A DNA stretch of 64,000 bases from Ignavibacteriales bacterium (GTDB taxonomy: Bacteria; Bacteroidota; Ignavibacteria; UBA10030; UBA6906). Location of the stretch: positions 1-64,000 of the forward strand of contig JBBIRR010000013.1 of assembly GCA_037441705.1 (NCBI GenBank). Reading direction: 5' to 3'. Of the stretch, positions 49,801 to 59,282 are shown one piece after another (the first letter of the stretch is position 1; each line of letters starts with the position of its first letter). The translations under genes and the position numbers were made by a program. The notes beneath the pieces were generated by a model, which saw only the letters and a program-made list of their open reading frames with translations, was not told the origin of the DNA and searched no databases.

Positions 49801-51393
49801 ACGGAGGGATTGCAAATGAGCCTGTTCGATCCGCTTGTGCCGACGTTCAACGAGCTTGTCGGTACGCTGAAAGCGGACCTCAAGATCGGCGGCTCTCCGA
49901 AAAAGCCGAGCTTCGCAGGCTCGATGAGCATCGAAAACTGTTCGTTTCTGTTCGAGCCGAACAACATGCATTACCGCCTGGATGCGCGCTTCCAGCCGGA
50001 TGGTGAGCGCATCAAAGTGCTTGATGCTGTCATCCGCAACGTCGATGCGGACAACCGGCCCGGTCGCGTGGGGCTGATTCATGTGACAGGCGATTTCTCG
50101 CTGCGCGAGTTGGTTCCGTCCGATTTCAATGCCGATATCACCGGCCAATTGCTGGTTGTGAACAAGAATACGCTGACGTCCTCTCTTGGCGTGTACGGCG
50201 AGTTGCCCGTCGAAGTCTCCGGCAAAGGGTTGCGCTTTACGGGCAGCATCGAACGATCGTTGCTGAAAGGCGATGTGCTCGTCCGCAACGCGAGTCTGGC
50301 ATTTCCGCCGACCACCACAACGGCGCGGGAAGATACGTTCTTCATACCCTTCCGTTTGGTCAACGACACCGTGCGCGCTGCGGAACCGACGGACACCTCC
50401 GTGTCCTCGCGGTACTTCGGTTATGCCGCAAGTAGTGTTGGCGACACGACAACACGCGGAGGAGTACGCGCCCGGTCCTTCATGGACGGGCTTCGCTATG
50501 ATCTCAACGTGGAGTTTGCCGGCAGCAACAACGAAGTCCGCATGATCTTCAACTCGGCAACGAATGAGGAGTTGGTGGCGAACATTACCGGCAGAGTGGC
50601 GATCACCGAGGACGGGAAGTATTGGGTGGGAACGCTCGACGTCGTGCGTGCGTCCTACAACTTCTATGGCAAGCGCTTCGACGCCGAAGGGACGATTACG
50701 TATGCAGGCGACTTCCTGAATCCGGAGTTGAACATCACCGCCACCTATGAGGGAACGCGGACGAACGATCAGGTTCAGCCGCCGAAAAACGAGCAGGTGG
50801 TGGTGACCTACAAGATCACGGGAACGCGCCTGGCACCGAAGCCGGAGATCGCGATGAAAATTGACGATGTCGATTACGCCACGTACACCGCAGGCCCGAA
50901 GTCCGGCGACGTCCAGTCCGATGCGCTGACGTTCATCATCACCAATACCTTCCCGCTTTCCCGCGGCGAGCGCAACAACATTGCCGAACAGATCGGCCCA
51001 ACGGTGGGCGCGGGTCTGGTGGGCGGCGCAACCTCGCTGCTCACGAGCACGCTGGCGGAGTTCCTCCGGACGAAGACCGGGTTCATCCAGTCGTTCGAGC
51101 TTCGGTACGATACGAGCGTGCGCGGCAGCTCGTTCGGCCAGAGTGCCGATGTGCGGTTGGGGGGCACGGCGTTCAAAGGGTATTGGCGCTACGGCGGCAA
51201 GATTCTGGAAGACCCGTTCAGCAATGCCAATTTCAGCATCCTGTATTCCTTCGGCGATATCTTCGATCGGCCGTCGCTACGGAATTTCATGTTCGAGCTG
51301 GAACGACGCGTCGATACCTCCACACTGTTCGGCTCGATCGAAACGCGCAAGGAGATTAACTCCGCGCGGTTCTTCTATCGCTTTTCGTTCTAA
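46831..51393 (+). CDS. TamB/AsmA-like translocation and assembly module protein
   Basis: N-terminal TM anchor, long beta-rich repeats, DUF490-like GDFLNPELNITATY and C-terminal FFYRFSF. Confidence 0.85.
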   Translation: MKKIFKWLAYVSAGIIALASIVAGVSQTQFFRDRLRSFALAQLDSLLDAEVRLGEIRGNLITGFSIDSVFIAVQGEPLISAERLVLRYDLFQIPSRRITISSLILVHPEVAFICGADGVWNFERMVRPTPQDSASRPFDWPIKVDWLEIKDGSIRLLDSAALAAPDHETTGLYYVEYHDFALHNVNLVATSCSITPSEKRARIAALSFDSDRPPIHLKSFSGEFKVTPQEASVKNMIVQTARSHLMLNAALKDVNLFEGLELSDLKQKPVELSLRARSLDLGELKRFIHQLEFLHGDVKAEIVAEGEFGRLDIKQIDLLTRASELHLAGTLSNLHRPDALELHIKCRESVINYADVMALMPSFSLPDISAIGPAGISFDFDGTPLQFTTALSVQTDAGSVSTTGLALTIGGEESLRYDGEFTLHAVDLSRVLPESEWTSSLTGTLRVSGGGTSLANLAARTELLIDSSYIGGQSVEATSVIVTAAQRSVVGVARLTLGTMHTELEAKLEDATGPAPRFSIAGAISSLNLADLLNDPIHNSDLTLHLNAEGTGLEWEKLNCTALLDFSSSRYREYRIDSGAVHLLIDQRDPMHSAISINSSLADFSLKGQFDLDYMVGLIRYEINSLRLAVGKRLRAIDSTLATTLDERALVALGDRLAKQKKRLNAEYELRVKDLEPLSILTGNRTFDAVGVIEGSLQGDYAMLAGDARLELREFFYGNADSGMLVQNGLATLRFNDLHPLNPLSSLTLRIRADAGKMHINRTKLDTLKFGIFYDKEYAGFVVQADYDRDYHFRTNGQVGVTDDGVQFTLSNLTLGYQDYLWQADDGAVIAVNPHSMRVHSFTLRRDSQAVVLNGSLVAADSVEAAVHCRSLDLVSLKYVLRKEEQAGEARLFEGRADFDAYAHGTLANPIYDATLTARNVSFRGFPFGEIHGTLNYRDEQLAANFSIDNRADRTSGQPDLTIRGTLPVRLAITGVDARFPDTPMDFEIKTEGLQMSLFDPLVPTFNELVGTLKADLKIGGSPKKPSFAGSMSIENCSFLFEPNNMHYRLDARFQPDGERIKVLDAVIRNVDADNRPGRVGLIHVTGDFSLRELVPSDFNADITGQLLVVNKNTLTSSLGVYGELPVEVSGKGLRFTGSIERSLLKGDVLVRNASLAFPPTTTTAREDTFFIPFRLVNDTVRAAEPTDTSVSSRYFGYAASSVGDTTTRGGVRARSFMDGLRYDLNVEFAGSNNEVRMIFNSATNEELVANITGRVAITEDGKYWVGTLDVVRASYNFYGKRFDAEGTITYAGDFLNPELNITATYEGTRTNDQVQPPKNEQVVVTYKITGTRLAPKPEIAMKIDDVDYATYTAGPKSGDVQSDALTFIITNTFPLSRGERNNIAEQIGPTVGAGLVGGATSLLTSTLAEFLRTKTGFIQSFELRYDTSVRGSSFGQSADVRLGGTAFKGYWRYGGKILEDPFSNANFSILYSFGDIFDRPSLRNFMFELERRVDTSTLFGSIETRKEINSARFFYRFSF

Positions 51394-51419
51394 TCAGTAG
51401 TACAATCGAGGATTATTCT

Positions 51420-53585
51420 ATCAAACATCTCAAGAAGAAGCTTCTCACCTTTCTCTCGTCCGATCCATCCCGATCGTTCACACAAAAACAACTTGTCAAT
51501 CATCTTGCCATACAAAGCAGGAGTGAATACGCCGCACTGCGCGAGGTGATTGATGAGCTTGACCGCAAAGGGCTTATCTCACTCGACAGCCGCGGCCGCA
51601 TTCGGTACGCTGCAGAGGCGCGTGGCGGGGGTGCTTCATCCAAAAAGGGGTCCGTGAACAGAGTAGTCGGTACGTTGAGTACGACGCGGCGCGGTTCCGG
51701 TTTTGTTACGATCGAAGGAACGAATGAGGAAGTGTACATTCCCGAACGATTCATGTCCACAGCCCTGCACGGGGATAAGGTGGCCGTTGCGCTCTTTGCG
51801 CGGCCCGTGCGCAAACGGCGACGCGATGAACGTGATCGGTTGGAGGGCGAGATCGTCGAAGTTTTGGAACGAAAAACAACCACCATCGTGGGAACGTTGG
51901 AGGAGAGCCGCACGGCGTTTTTCGTCGTGCCCGACGATGAACACATCGCGCGTGATGTGTACGTCGCGCGAGAAGATGCCCGGGGTGCACGGCCCGGAGA
52001 CAAAGTGGTGGTGCAGCTGTTGCCGTGGAGCGATCCTGCACTCAGCCCGGAAGGTGTCGTGCTCGAAGTACTGGGGCGGGCGGGCGATGCCCGCGTGGAA
52101 GTGTTGAGCGTTGCGCGCAGCTTCAATCTTCCGATGCGCTTCCCTCCCGCCGTCGAGCGCGAGGCGGCTTCGTTTCCCGACACGATCCCCGCACAGGAAC
52201 TTGCAACGCGGCTCGATCTGCGCAACATCGCCTGCGTTACCATTGATCCGGAAGACGCGAAGGACTTTGACGATGCAGTATCGTATGAGCGTTTATCGGA
52301 TGGGCTGATCAGGCTTGGCGTTCACATTGCCGACGTGAGCTACTACGTGAAGGAAGGCAGCGCACTGGATGCCGAGGCGTTCCAGCGCGGGACCAGCGTC
52401 TATCTGGTGAACGAAGTGATCCCGATGCTGCCTGAACGTCTCTCCAACGATCTCTGCAGTCTGCGTCCGCATACCGACCGACTGACCTACAGTGTGCTCA
52501 TGGATATGAGGGATGACGGGACGGTGGAACATTACATGATCGCCAGGAGCGTGATCCGCAGCAGGCGGCGGTTCACGTACGAAGAGGTACAGGAGATTCT
52601 CGAACGAGGCAAAGGCGAGTTTGTCGAGATGCTCCGTCCCCTCCACAAACTGACCCAGGTGCTGACGCGCAATCGCAAGAAAGCCGGCAGCATCGACTTC
52701 GATACCGGCGAGGCAAAGTTCCGCTTCGACGAGCACGGGCTGCCGTCGGCGATTATCAAGAAAGTACGGCTGGATGCACACCGCCTGATCGAGGAGTGCA
52801 TGTTGCTTGCGAACAAAGTCGTGGCGCAGCACATCGGCAAGGTGAGGCGGAACGAGCACGCCAAGCCCTTCATCTATCGCGTTCACGACGTGCCGGACCC
52901 TTCACGGTTGGAAGATCTCGGCAATTTTGTGAAACATCTGGGCTACTCGCTGGACGTCAAACACGGTGTCTCATCCCTTCAGTTGCAGCGTCTGCTCGAC
53001 AAGGTGAAAGGAACGGAGGTGGAGAACGTCGTCAACGAAGTGGCGCTGCGCTCGATGGCCAAGGCGATCTACTCAGAAAAGAACATCGGTCACTTCGGGC
53101 TGGCTTTCAAATACTACACGCACTTCACGTCCCCCATCCGGCGTTACCCGGACCTGGTCGTGCATCGATTGCTGCACGAGTATGAGAAAGGGGTCAGCGC
53201 TGCACGCCGCGCGGAGCTTGCCCGCCGACTTCCCATCATCTGCCGCCAGTCGTCCGAACGCGAGCGCCTTGCCGCCGAGGCCGAACGCGAATCGGTGAAG
53301 GTCATGCAGGTCGAGTTCATGAAGCGGCATGTAGGCGACGAATTCGAAGGCGTGATCGCGGGTGTCACCAACTTTGGTCTCTTCGTCGAGATCAATGATT
53401 TGTTGGTGGAGGGATTGGTCCGAATGCGGGATCTGACGGATGACTACTACCTCTTTGACGAGCAGCGCTACCAACTGAAAGGACGCTCGCGAGGCAAGGT
53501 GTACAGGTTAGGGGACACGGTGCGCGTTCAGGTAGTCTCCGTCAACCCTGAACGCCGCGAGATTGACTTCCGCATCGTTGATTAA
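51420..53585 (+). CDS. rnr: Ribonuclease R
   Basis: TIDPEDAKDFDDA, HIADVS, HFTSPIRRYPD and an S1 domain. The frame is open upstream of GTG 51546 to ATC 51420, so the start is uncertain (see findings). Confidence 0.93.
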   Translation: MKHLKKKLLTFLSSDPSRSFTQKQLVNHLAIQSRSEYAALREVIDELDRKGLISLDSRGRIRYAAEARGGGASSKKGSVNRVVGTLSTTRRGSGFVTIEGTNEEVYIPERFMSTALHGDKVAVALFARPVRKRRRDERDRLEGEIVEVLERKTTTIVGTLEESRTAFFVVPDDEHIARDVYVAREDARGARPGDKVVVQLLPWSDPALSPEGVVLEVLGRAGDARVEVLSVARSFNLPMRFPPAVEREAASFPDTIPAQELATRLDLRNIACVTIDPEDAKDFDDAVSYERLSDGLIRLGVHIADVSYYVKEGSALDAEAFQRGTSVYLVNEVIPMLPERLSNDLCSLRPHTDRLTYSVLMDMRDDGTVEHYMIARSVIRSRRRFTYEEVQEILERGKGEFVEMLRPLHKLTQVLTRNRKKAGSIDFDTGEAKFRFDEHGLPSAIIKKVRLDAHRLIEECMLLANKVVAQHIGKVRRNEHAKPFIYRVHDVPDPSRLEDLGNFVKHLGYSLDVKHGVSSLQLQRLLDKVKGTEVENVVNEVALRSMAKAIYSEKNIGHFGLAFKYYTHFTSPIRRYPDLVVHRLLHEYEKGVSAARRAELARRLPIICRQSSERERLAAEAERESVKVMQVEFMKRHVGDEFEGVIAGVTNFGLFVEINDLLVEGLVRMRDLTDDYYLFDEQRYQLKGRSRGKVYRLGDTVRVQVVSVNPERREIDFRIVD

Positions 53586-53706
53586 ACTGGCAACGCCTTT
53601 GTGTGTCTCACGAGGGTGAGGCGGAAGAGTTCTCGTTGCATTTTCCTCCCGACTTTAGTAGAATCTAACCGAAGAGGCGTTATTCATTCAATCCCAAGAG
53701 GGCACT

Positions 53707-56700
53707 ATGAAGCTGAGAGGGGTGTTGTGGGCTGCCGTGCTGGCACTCTGCACGCTGCTGCAGGGCCTTGCCGTGGCGCAGGATGGTTTGTTCGGTAAGA
53801 ACAAAGTTCAGTACAAGAAGTTCAACTGGTTCTACATCCAAACGGACCATTTCGATATTTACTTTTCCGAAGGGGGCGAAAAGATTGCCGAGTTTACCGC
53901 AACAGCGGCCGAGTCGGCGTATGCATCCATCAGCAAGTCCTTCCGCTACCAGCTTGTCAACCGCGTTCCCATCATTGTCACTAACTCGCATAATGACTTT
54001 CAGCAAAGCAATGTGGTGAGCGAGTATCTGGAAGAGGGGATCGGCGGAGTGACGGAGCTGTTCAAGAACCGCGTGTTGATTCCCTTTGAAGGAAACTACA
54101 AACAATTCCGCCACGTCATCCACCACGAACTGGTGCACGCGGTGGTGAACGACATGTTCTACGGCGGTTCCATCCAATCGATCATCGCCAACAACATCAC
54201 GCTCCAGCTTCCGTTGTGGTTCAACGAGGGGATCGCCGAGTACGAAGCACAGAAGTGGGAGACGGACTCGGATATGTTCCTGCGCGACGCCACAGTTCAT
54301 GAATATCTTCCCCCCATCAACCGGTTGGGCGGATACTTCGCCTATCGAGGCGGGCAGTCGCTCTGGTGGTACATTGCCAATAAATACGGCCAGCAGAAAA
54401 TCGGCGATATTCTCAATCGCATCAAGAGTACACGCAGCGTTGAGGCCGGCTTCCGCGGAGCAATCGGTTTGGGATTGGAGGAGTTGAATGAACGCTGGCA
54501 AAAAGAGATGAAGGTGACCTACTGGCCCGACATTGCCAAACGCGAGGAGCCTGCGGATTACGCACGCAAGCTGACCGACCACAAGAAGGACGGGAACTTC
54601 TACAATACCAGTCCCGCCATCTCGCCGCAGGGGGACAAGGTCGCATTCATCTCCGACCGCAACGATTATCTGGATGTGTTTCTGATGAGTACGATTGACG
54701 GAAAGATCATTGACAAGGTTGTCAGCGGCCAGCGGACCAGCGATTTCGAGGAGTTGAAGCTCTTGACGCCTCGGCTCACGTGGTCGCCCGACGGAAAGAA
54801 GATTGCCCTTGCCGCAAAATCCGGCGCCAACGATGCGATTCTCATTATTGATGTGGACGAAGGGGACGTGACGCGTCTGACGTTCGATCTGGATGCTATC
54901 TATTCGGTTGATTGGTCCGTGCAGGGCGATAAGCTTGCCTTTGTCGGGAATAAGTTGGAACGATCCGACATCTATGTGTACGATCTCAACACGACGCAGC
55001 TGACGAATCTCACGGACGATATTTTCAGCGATTCCGATCCCGCGTGGTCGCCCGACGGTAAGTACATCTATTTCTCGTCGGACCGCCGTGACAGGCTTGG
55101 ACGCGAACAGGTCGATATGGGGACGTTCGACTACAGCCAGCAAGATCTCTATCGCGTGGAGATTGCGACGAAGACCATTGAGCGCCTGACGGATTGGCCC
55201 GAGAGCGATGAGAATTCCGTGATTTGCTCGCCGGATGGACAGAAGCTTCTGTTCGTTTCCGACAAGAACGGCATCAATAACATCTACGAAATGGTGGTGG
55301 AGACGCGGGCCACGCGCCCCATCACCAACTCGTTGAGCGGTGTCTATCAACTCTCGTTGTCGCGAGACGGCTCGAAGCTTGCCTTCTCTTCGCTGAACTA
55401 TGCCGGGTTCGACATTTTCCTCATGCGCAATCCGTTCGAGCGCGACCTGAAGATGGCAGAGCTTGAACCGACGGAATTCGTCAAGGCCAAGCATGCCGCA
55501 CCGATTGTGCCCGTCGCACAGGAGACGGCGGAACGCGCCGGAGCCGGACGCGATACGGCGGATGTGTTTGGAGGGAATATCGAGATTGATTTCAGCGGTT
55601 TCGCCGCACGCAGCACGCCCGAGAACCTCCCGACGGATTCCACGATTGCCCGCCTGCCGAAGATCGCCGGCAATCTCGACAAGGAAGGAAAGTACAAGGT
55701 CAACAAATACAAGCTGAACTTTTCACCGGACATCATCTATGGCAATGCCGGGTACAACACCTTCTACGGAGTGACCGGCTCCACCATCATGGCCTTCAGC
55801 GATCTGTTAGGCGATCATCAGATTGTGTTCGTTACGAACCTGCTGCTCGACCTCAAGAACAGCGACTACGCGCTGCAGTATTTATACCTGCCGGAACGGC
55901 TCGACGTCGGCTTCACCGGATTCCACAGCGCACGCTTCGTCATCATCAACGACATCTACGGCGGAAGTCTCTATCGTTTCCGCACCTACGGCCTTGCGCT
56001 GAATGCGCAGTACCCAATTGATAAATTCAACCGCATTGACATGGGCCTGAGTTGGTTCAACATCTCGCGAGAAAATCTCGACCAACTCTCCGACCCAACG
56101 CAGAAACGTACCGTGCTTGTGCCGTCGTTGGGCTACACGCACGACACGGCGCTGTGGGGCTACACGGCACCCATGAATGGGACGCGCTATTCGTTCAACA
56201 TCTTCGGCACGCCCAAGCTCGGCAGCGCGGGCTTAAGCTTTGTCAACCTCACCGGCGACTATCGGACGTACATTCGACTCGGCCGTCAGTACGCGTTCGC
56301 GCTGCGTCTGGCCGGCGGCGGCAGTTTCGGCGGCAATCCCCAGAAGTACATCGTCGGCGGCGTGGACAACTGGATCAACCGAACATTTGAGGGCGGCTAC
56401 ATTCCGTTGGAAAACGCCGAGGACTATATCTTTCTGGAGACGGGCCTTCCGCTGCGGGGCTACAACTACAACGCAAAGATCGGTTCGCGATACGGGTTGT
56501 TCAACTTCGAGTTCCGCTATCCGCTGTTAGCCTTTCTTCAGGCGGGTCCGCTTCCTATCGGCCTTCAAAGCATCATGGGCGTCATGTTCTTCGACATGGG
56601 ATCGGCGTGGAACAGGGAGCGGGAGTTTCAGGCATTCACGAAGGATGCACAAGGCAACACCGTCACCAAGGATCTCCTGATGGGCATGGGCACCGGCGCG

Positions 56701-56808
56701 CGAGTGTTCTTCCTGGGGTTTCTGGTGAGACTGGACGTTGCCTGGGCCTGGTACTGGAACGGGTTCAGCGAGCCGAAGTATTACATCTCACTCGGTGCGG
56801 ACTTCTGA
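53707..56808 (+). CDS. Peptidase MA-like / TolB-like beta-propeller / Omp85 (BamA-type) barrel fusion protein
   Basis: Signal peptide. HELVH plus WFNEGIAEY gluzincin motif. PD40 repeats (SPQGDK, WSPDGK). Omp85 motifs LRGY, FFDMG and RLDVAW. Ends LGADF. Confidence 0.88.
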   Translation: MKLRGVLWAAVLALCTLLQGLAVAQDGLFGKNKVQYKKFNWFYIQTDHFDIYFSEGGEKIAEFTATAAESAYASISKSFRYQLVNRVPIIVTNSHNDFQQSNVVSEYLEEGIGGVTELFKNRVLIPFEGNYKQFRHVIHHELVHAVVNDMFYGGSIQSIIANNITLQLPLWFNEGIAEYEAQKWETDSDMFLRDATVHEYLPPINRLGGYFAYRGGQSLWWYIANKYGQQKIGDILNRIKSTRSVEAGFRGAIGLGLEELNERWQKEMKVTYWPDIAKREEPADYARKLTDHKKDGNFYNTSPAISPQGDKVAFISDRNDYLDVFLMSTIDGKIIDKVVSGQRTSDFEELKLLTPRLTWSPDGKKIALAAKSGANDAILIIDVDEGDVTRLTFDLDAIYSVDWSVQGDKLAFVGNKLERSDIYVYDLNTTQLTNLTDDIFSDSDPAWSPDGKYIYFSSDRRDRLGREQVDMGTFDYSQQDLYRVEIATKTIERLTDWPESDENSVICSPDGQKLLFVSDKNGINNIYEMVVETRATRPITNSLSGVYQLSLSRDGSKLAFSSLNYAGFDIFLMRNPFERDLKMAELEPTEFVKAKHAAPIVPVAQETAERAGAGRDTADVFGGNIEIDFSGFAARSTPENLPTDSTIARLPKIAGNLDKEGKYKVNKYKLNFSPDIIYGNAGYNTFYGVTGSTIMAFSDLLGDHQIVFVTNLLLDLKNSDYALQYLYLPERLDVGFTGFHSARFVIINDIYGGSLYRFRTYGLALNAQYPIDKFNRIDMGLSWFNISRENLDQLSDPTQKRTVLVPSLGYTHDTALWGYTAPMNGTRYSFNIFGTPKLGSAGLSFVNLTGDYRTYIRLGRQYAFALRLAGGGSFGGNPQKYIVGGVDNWINRTFEGGYIPLENAEDYIFLETGLPLRGYNYNAKIGSRYGLFNFEFRYPLLAFLQAGPLPIGLQSIMGVMFFDMGSAWNREREFQAFTKDAQGNTVTKDLLMGMGTGARVFFLGFLVRLDVAWAWYWNGFSEPKYYISLGADF

Positions 56809-56836
56809 GCGTGTACGTAATCCGCTGCACCAAGCT

Positions 56837-56872
56837 AAAGCCCCACCCGCATAACGGTGGGGCTTTGAGTTT
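56837..56872. terminator. Probable bidirectional terminator between convergent genes
   Basis: AAAGCCCCACC...GGTGGGGCTTT inverted repeat with A/T flanks. Confidence 0.75.
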
Positions 56873-56901
56873 TGCAGCAACTCGGAATCGCAGCGCACGC
56901 G

Positions 56902-57348
56902 TCAGACACGCGTGAATACAAGGACGATCGTGGTGTTCTGATCAGTAAACGTGAACGTGAGCTGATTGCCTGTGACCGCCCATGTGCCCGTAATAGAATA
57001 GGGTTGAGGATGAGGCTGACCGTTGGCTTGCGTTATGGACACCGTCACGTTCTGTCCGTTGACCGTGAAGGTTCCGGTTTCTGTGTAGAGCGTGTTACCC
57101 TGAGCATCCTTCTCTTCATACGTGAACGCTCCATTCGCGCCGAACGTAAAGCGGGCACTCACAGTGCCCTGGACGTAGTTGAAGATTTGGGCCGGGTCTA
57201 CGGGTTGACCATTGGCAGTTGCCGAGACGATCGTCCAGGTCCCGTTGATGGTCGGCGCGGCACCGGCCGGGTTAGTCGAATCCTTCTTGCAAGAGGCAAG
57301 GAACACCGCGAGGATCACGGCAAGCAGGGCTGGGAGGTATCTTTGCAT
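56902..57348 (-). CDS. Lipocalin-like lipoprotein
   Basis: Lipobox FLAS-C followed by KKD. INGTWTIVS, GTFTVNG and GTWAVTGNQLTF. Confidence 0.82.
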   Translation of the reverse strand: MQRYLPALLAVILAVFLASCKKDSTNPAGAAPTINGTWTIVSATANGQPVDPAQIFNYVQGTVSARFTFGANGAFTYEEKDAQGNTLYTETGTFTVNGQNVTVSITQANGQPHPQPYSITGTWAVTGNQLTFTFTDQNTTIVLVFTRV

Positions 57349-57537
57349 GGGTCGCTCCACAAATTGGGTGATTGGTGTTGAAGCTGTTTTCGGACATCCT
57401 TCGCCGAAATATACAGATGATAGGTCAGGAAGGCAACGGAGCACTGAGATTTTTTTTGAGGAAGCCTTATCGGACGGTGCACACACAGCAAACCTGACAC
57501 TGCGCTGCTTAGCGCAGCGTCAGGCCGTGGAAACTGC

Positions 57538-58938
57538 CTACTTCTTCAACACCTGCACGAGATTGGTGACGACGTTCTTGGCGTCACCAAAGACCATCAT
57601 CGTGTTCTTCATGTAGAACAGCTCGTTATCCTCGCCGGCGAAGCCGGGATTGAGGCTGCGCTTTATCACCATCACGGTACGCGCCTGGTCAACGTTGAGA
57701 ATCGGCATGCCGTAGAGCGGACTGTCCTTCTTGTAGCGCGCTGCAGGATTCACGACGTCGTTGGCTCCGACGACCAGAGCAACATCGGTGTTTTGGAAAT
57801 CGTCGTTGATCTGATCCATCTCCAGAAGAAGATCGTAGGGAACGTTTGCTTCGGCAAGCAGGACGTTCATGTGTCCCGGCATGCGTCCTGCAACGGGATG
57901 GATGGCATAGCGCACGGTTGCGCCGCGCTCGATGAGAATCTTTGCCATCTCGTGCAGCACATGCTGCGCCTGCGCCACCGCAAGTCCGTACCCCGGCACG
58001 ATGATGACCGACTGGGCATTCTCCAAAATGAATGCTGCGTCCTCCGGCGTGTAGCGCACGACCGTACGCGTCTCGCTGGTCGTCGTTCCCGCCTCATAGT
58101 CGGCTCCCACCCCGGCAAAGAGCACGTTGCCGAGCGAGCGGTTCATCGCCTTGCACATGATGTTGGTGAGGATCAGACCCGACGTCCCGACCAGCGTGCC
58201 GCTGATGATCAGCACATTGTTCTGCAGCACGAAGCCCGTCATGGCCCCGGCCAGACCGGAGTAGGAGTTCATCAGCGAGATGACCACCGGCATATCCGCC
58301 CCCCCGATGGGAATGACGCTGGTGACGCCGAGAATCGTCGACAGCCCGATGATGGCCACGAGCAAGTACCACTTCGACGGATCGAGGACGAACAAGACGC
58401 CCATGACGATGACAACGCCAAGCATCAGAGCATTTGTCTGCTTCTGCATTGGGTAGAGTATGGGTGCACTCTTCATAATGCCCTGCAGCTTCGCGGCGGC
58501 AATCATGCTTCCGACGAAGGTAACGGTTCCAATCAACAGACTGAGAACGATCGTAATAAGAATGTCGAGGCTGACAGCCTGATTTGTCCAGACGGTGAGA
58601 CTCGCATCGCCCGACAGTCTGAGATACTCCGCAAAGGCCACCAACGTTGAAGCGCCTCCGCCGAAGCCGTTCAGCACGCCCACCATTTGCGGCATGGCGG
58701 TCATCTGCACGGCCTTTGCCATCCACACGCCCAGCGCCGCACCGACAATGAGTCCGACGATGATGTAGGAGAAGTCAATGATCCGCTGATCAAGAAGCGT
58801 CACCACGATGGCGATCAGCATGCCGGTGGCGCCGTAGAGGTTGCCGCGGCGTGCCGTTTTGGGTGAACTCAAAAGTTTCAGTCCTAAGATGAACAGGACA
58901 GAAGCAAGAAGATATAATAAACCGGTGAGAATACTCAT
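57538..58938 (-). CDS. pntB: NAD(P) transhydrogenase subunit beta
   Basis: MTAMPQMV, IGGADMPVVIS, PGYGLAVAQ and HPVAGRMPGHMNV. Confidence 0.97.
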   Translation of the reverse strand: MSILTGLLYLLASVLFILGLKLLSSPKTARRGNLYGATGMLIAIVVTLLDQRIIDFSYIIVGLIVGAALGVWMAKAVQMTAMPQMVGVLNGFGGGASTLVAFAEYLRLSGDASLTVWTNQAVSLDILITIVLSLLIGTVTFVGSMIAAAKLQGIMKSAPILYPMQKQTNALMLGVVIVMGVLFVLDPSKWYLLVAIIGLSTILGVTSVIPIGGADMPVVISLMNSYSGLAGAMTGFVLQNNVLIISGTLVGTSGLILTNIMCKAMNRSLGNVLFAGVGADYEAGTTTSETRTVVRYTPEDAAFILENAQSVIIVPGYGLAVAQAQHVLHEMAKILIERGATVRYAIHPVAGRMPGHMNVLLAEANVPYDLLLEMDQINDDFQNTDVALVVGANDVVNPAARYKKDSPLYGMPILNVDQARTVMVIKRSLNPGFAGEDNELFYMKNTMMVFGDAKNVVTNLVQVLKK

Positions 58939-58973
58939 GTGCGTTCGTGATCGTAGTGTTCAGAAAAAGAATA

Positions 58974-59282
58974 TTACTTGTCTTGAGCGTCCTTCTTCAC
59001 GGGCTGTTGCTTGAACATTTCGAGCATGCGGTCGGTGACCAGAAAACCCCCGACAACGTTGATCGTCGCCAACACCACAGCGACCAACCCCAGAATCACG
59101 CTCAAGCCGCCGTGCCCCTCGCCTGCAGCGATGAGCGACCCGACGAGCGTGATACCGGAGATGGCGTTGGAGCCTGACATGAGCGGCGTGTGGAGCAGCG
59201 GTGGCACTTTGCTGATCACTTCAACGCCGACAAACGTTGCCAGCACGAAGACGTAGATGGATACCATCAATGTTTCAGACAT
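58974..59282 (-). CDS. pntAB: NAD(P) transhydrogenase subunit alpha, part 2
   Basis: LHTPLMSGSNAISG and NVVGGFLVTDRML. ATG 59282 overlaps the upstream stop. Confidence 0.94.
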   Translation of the reverse strand: MSETLMVSIYVFVLATFVGVEVISKVPPLLHTPLMSGSNAISGITLVGSLIAAGEGHGGLSVILGLVAVVLATINVVGGFLVTDRMLEMFKQQPVKKDAQDK

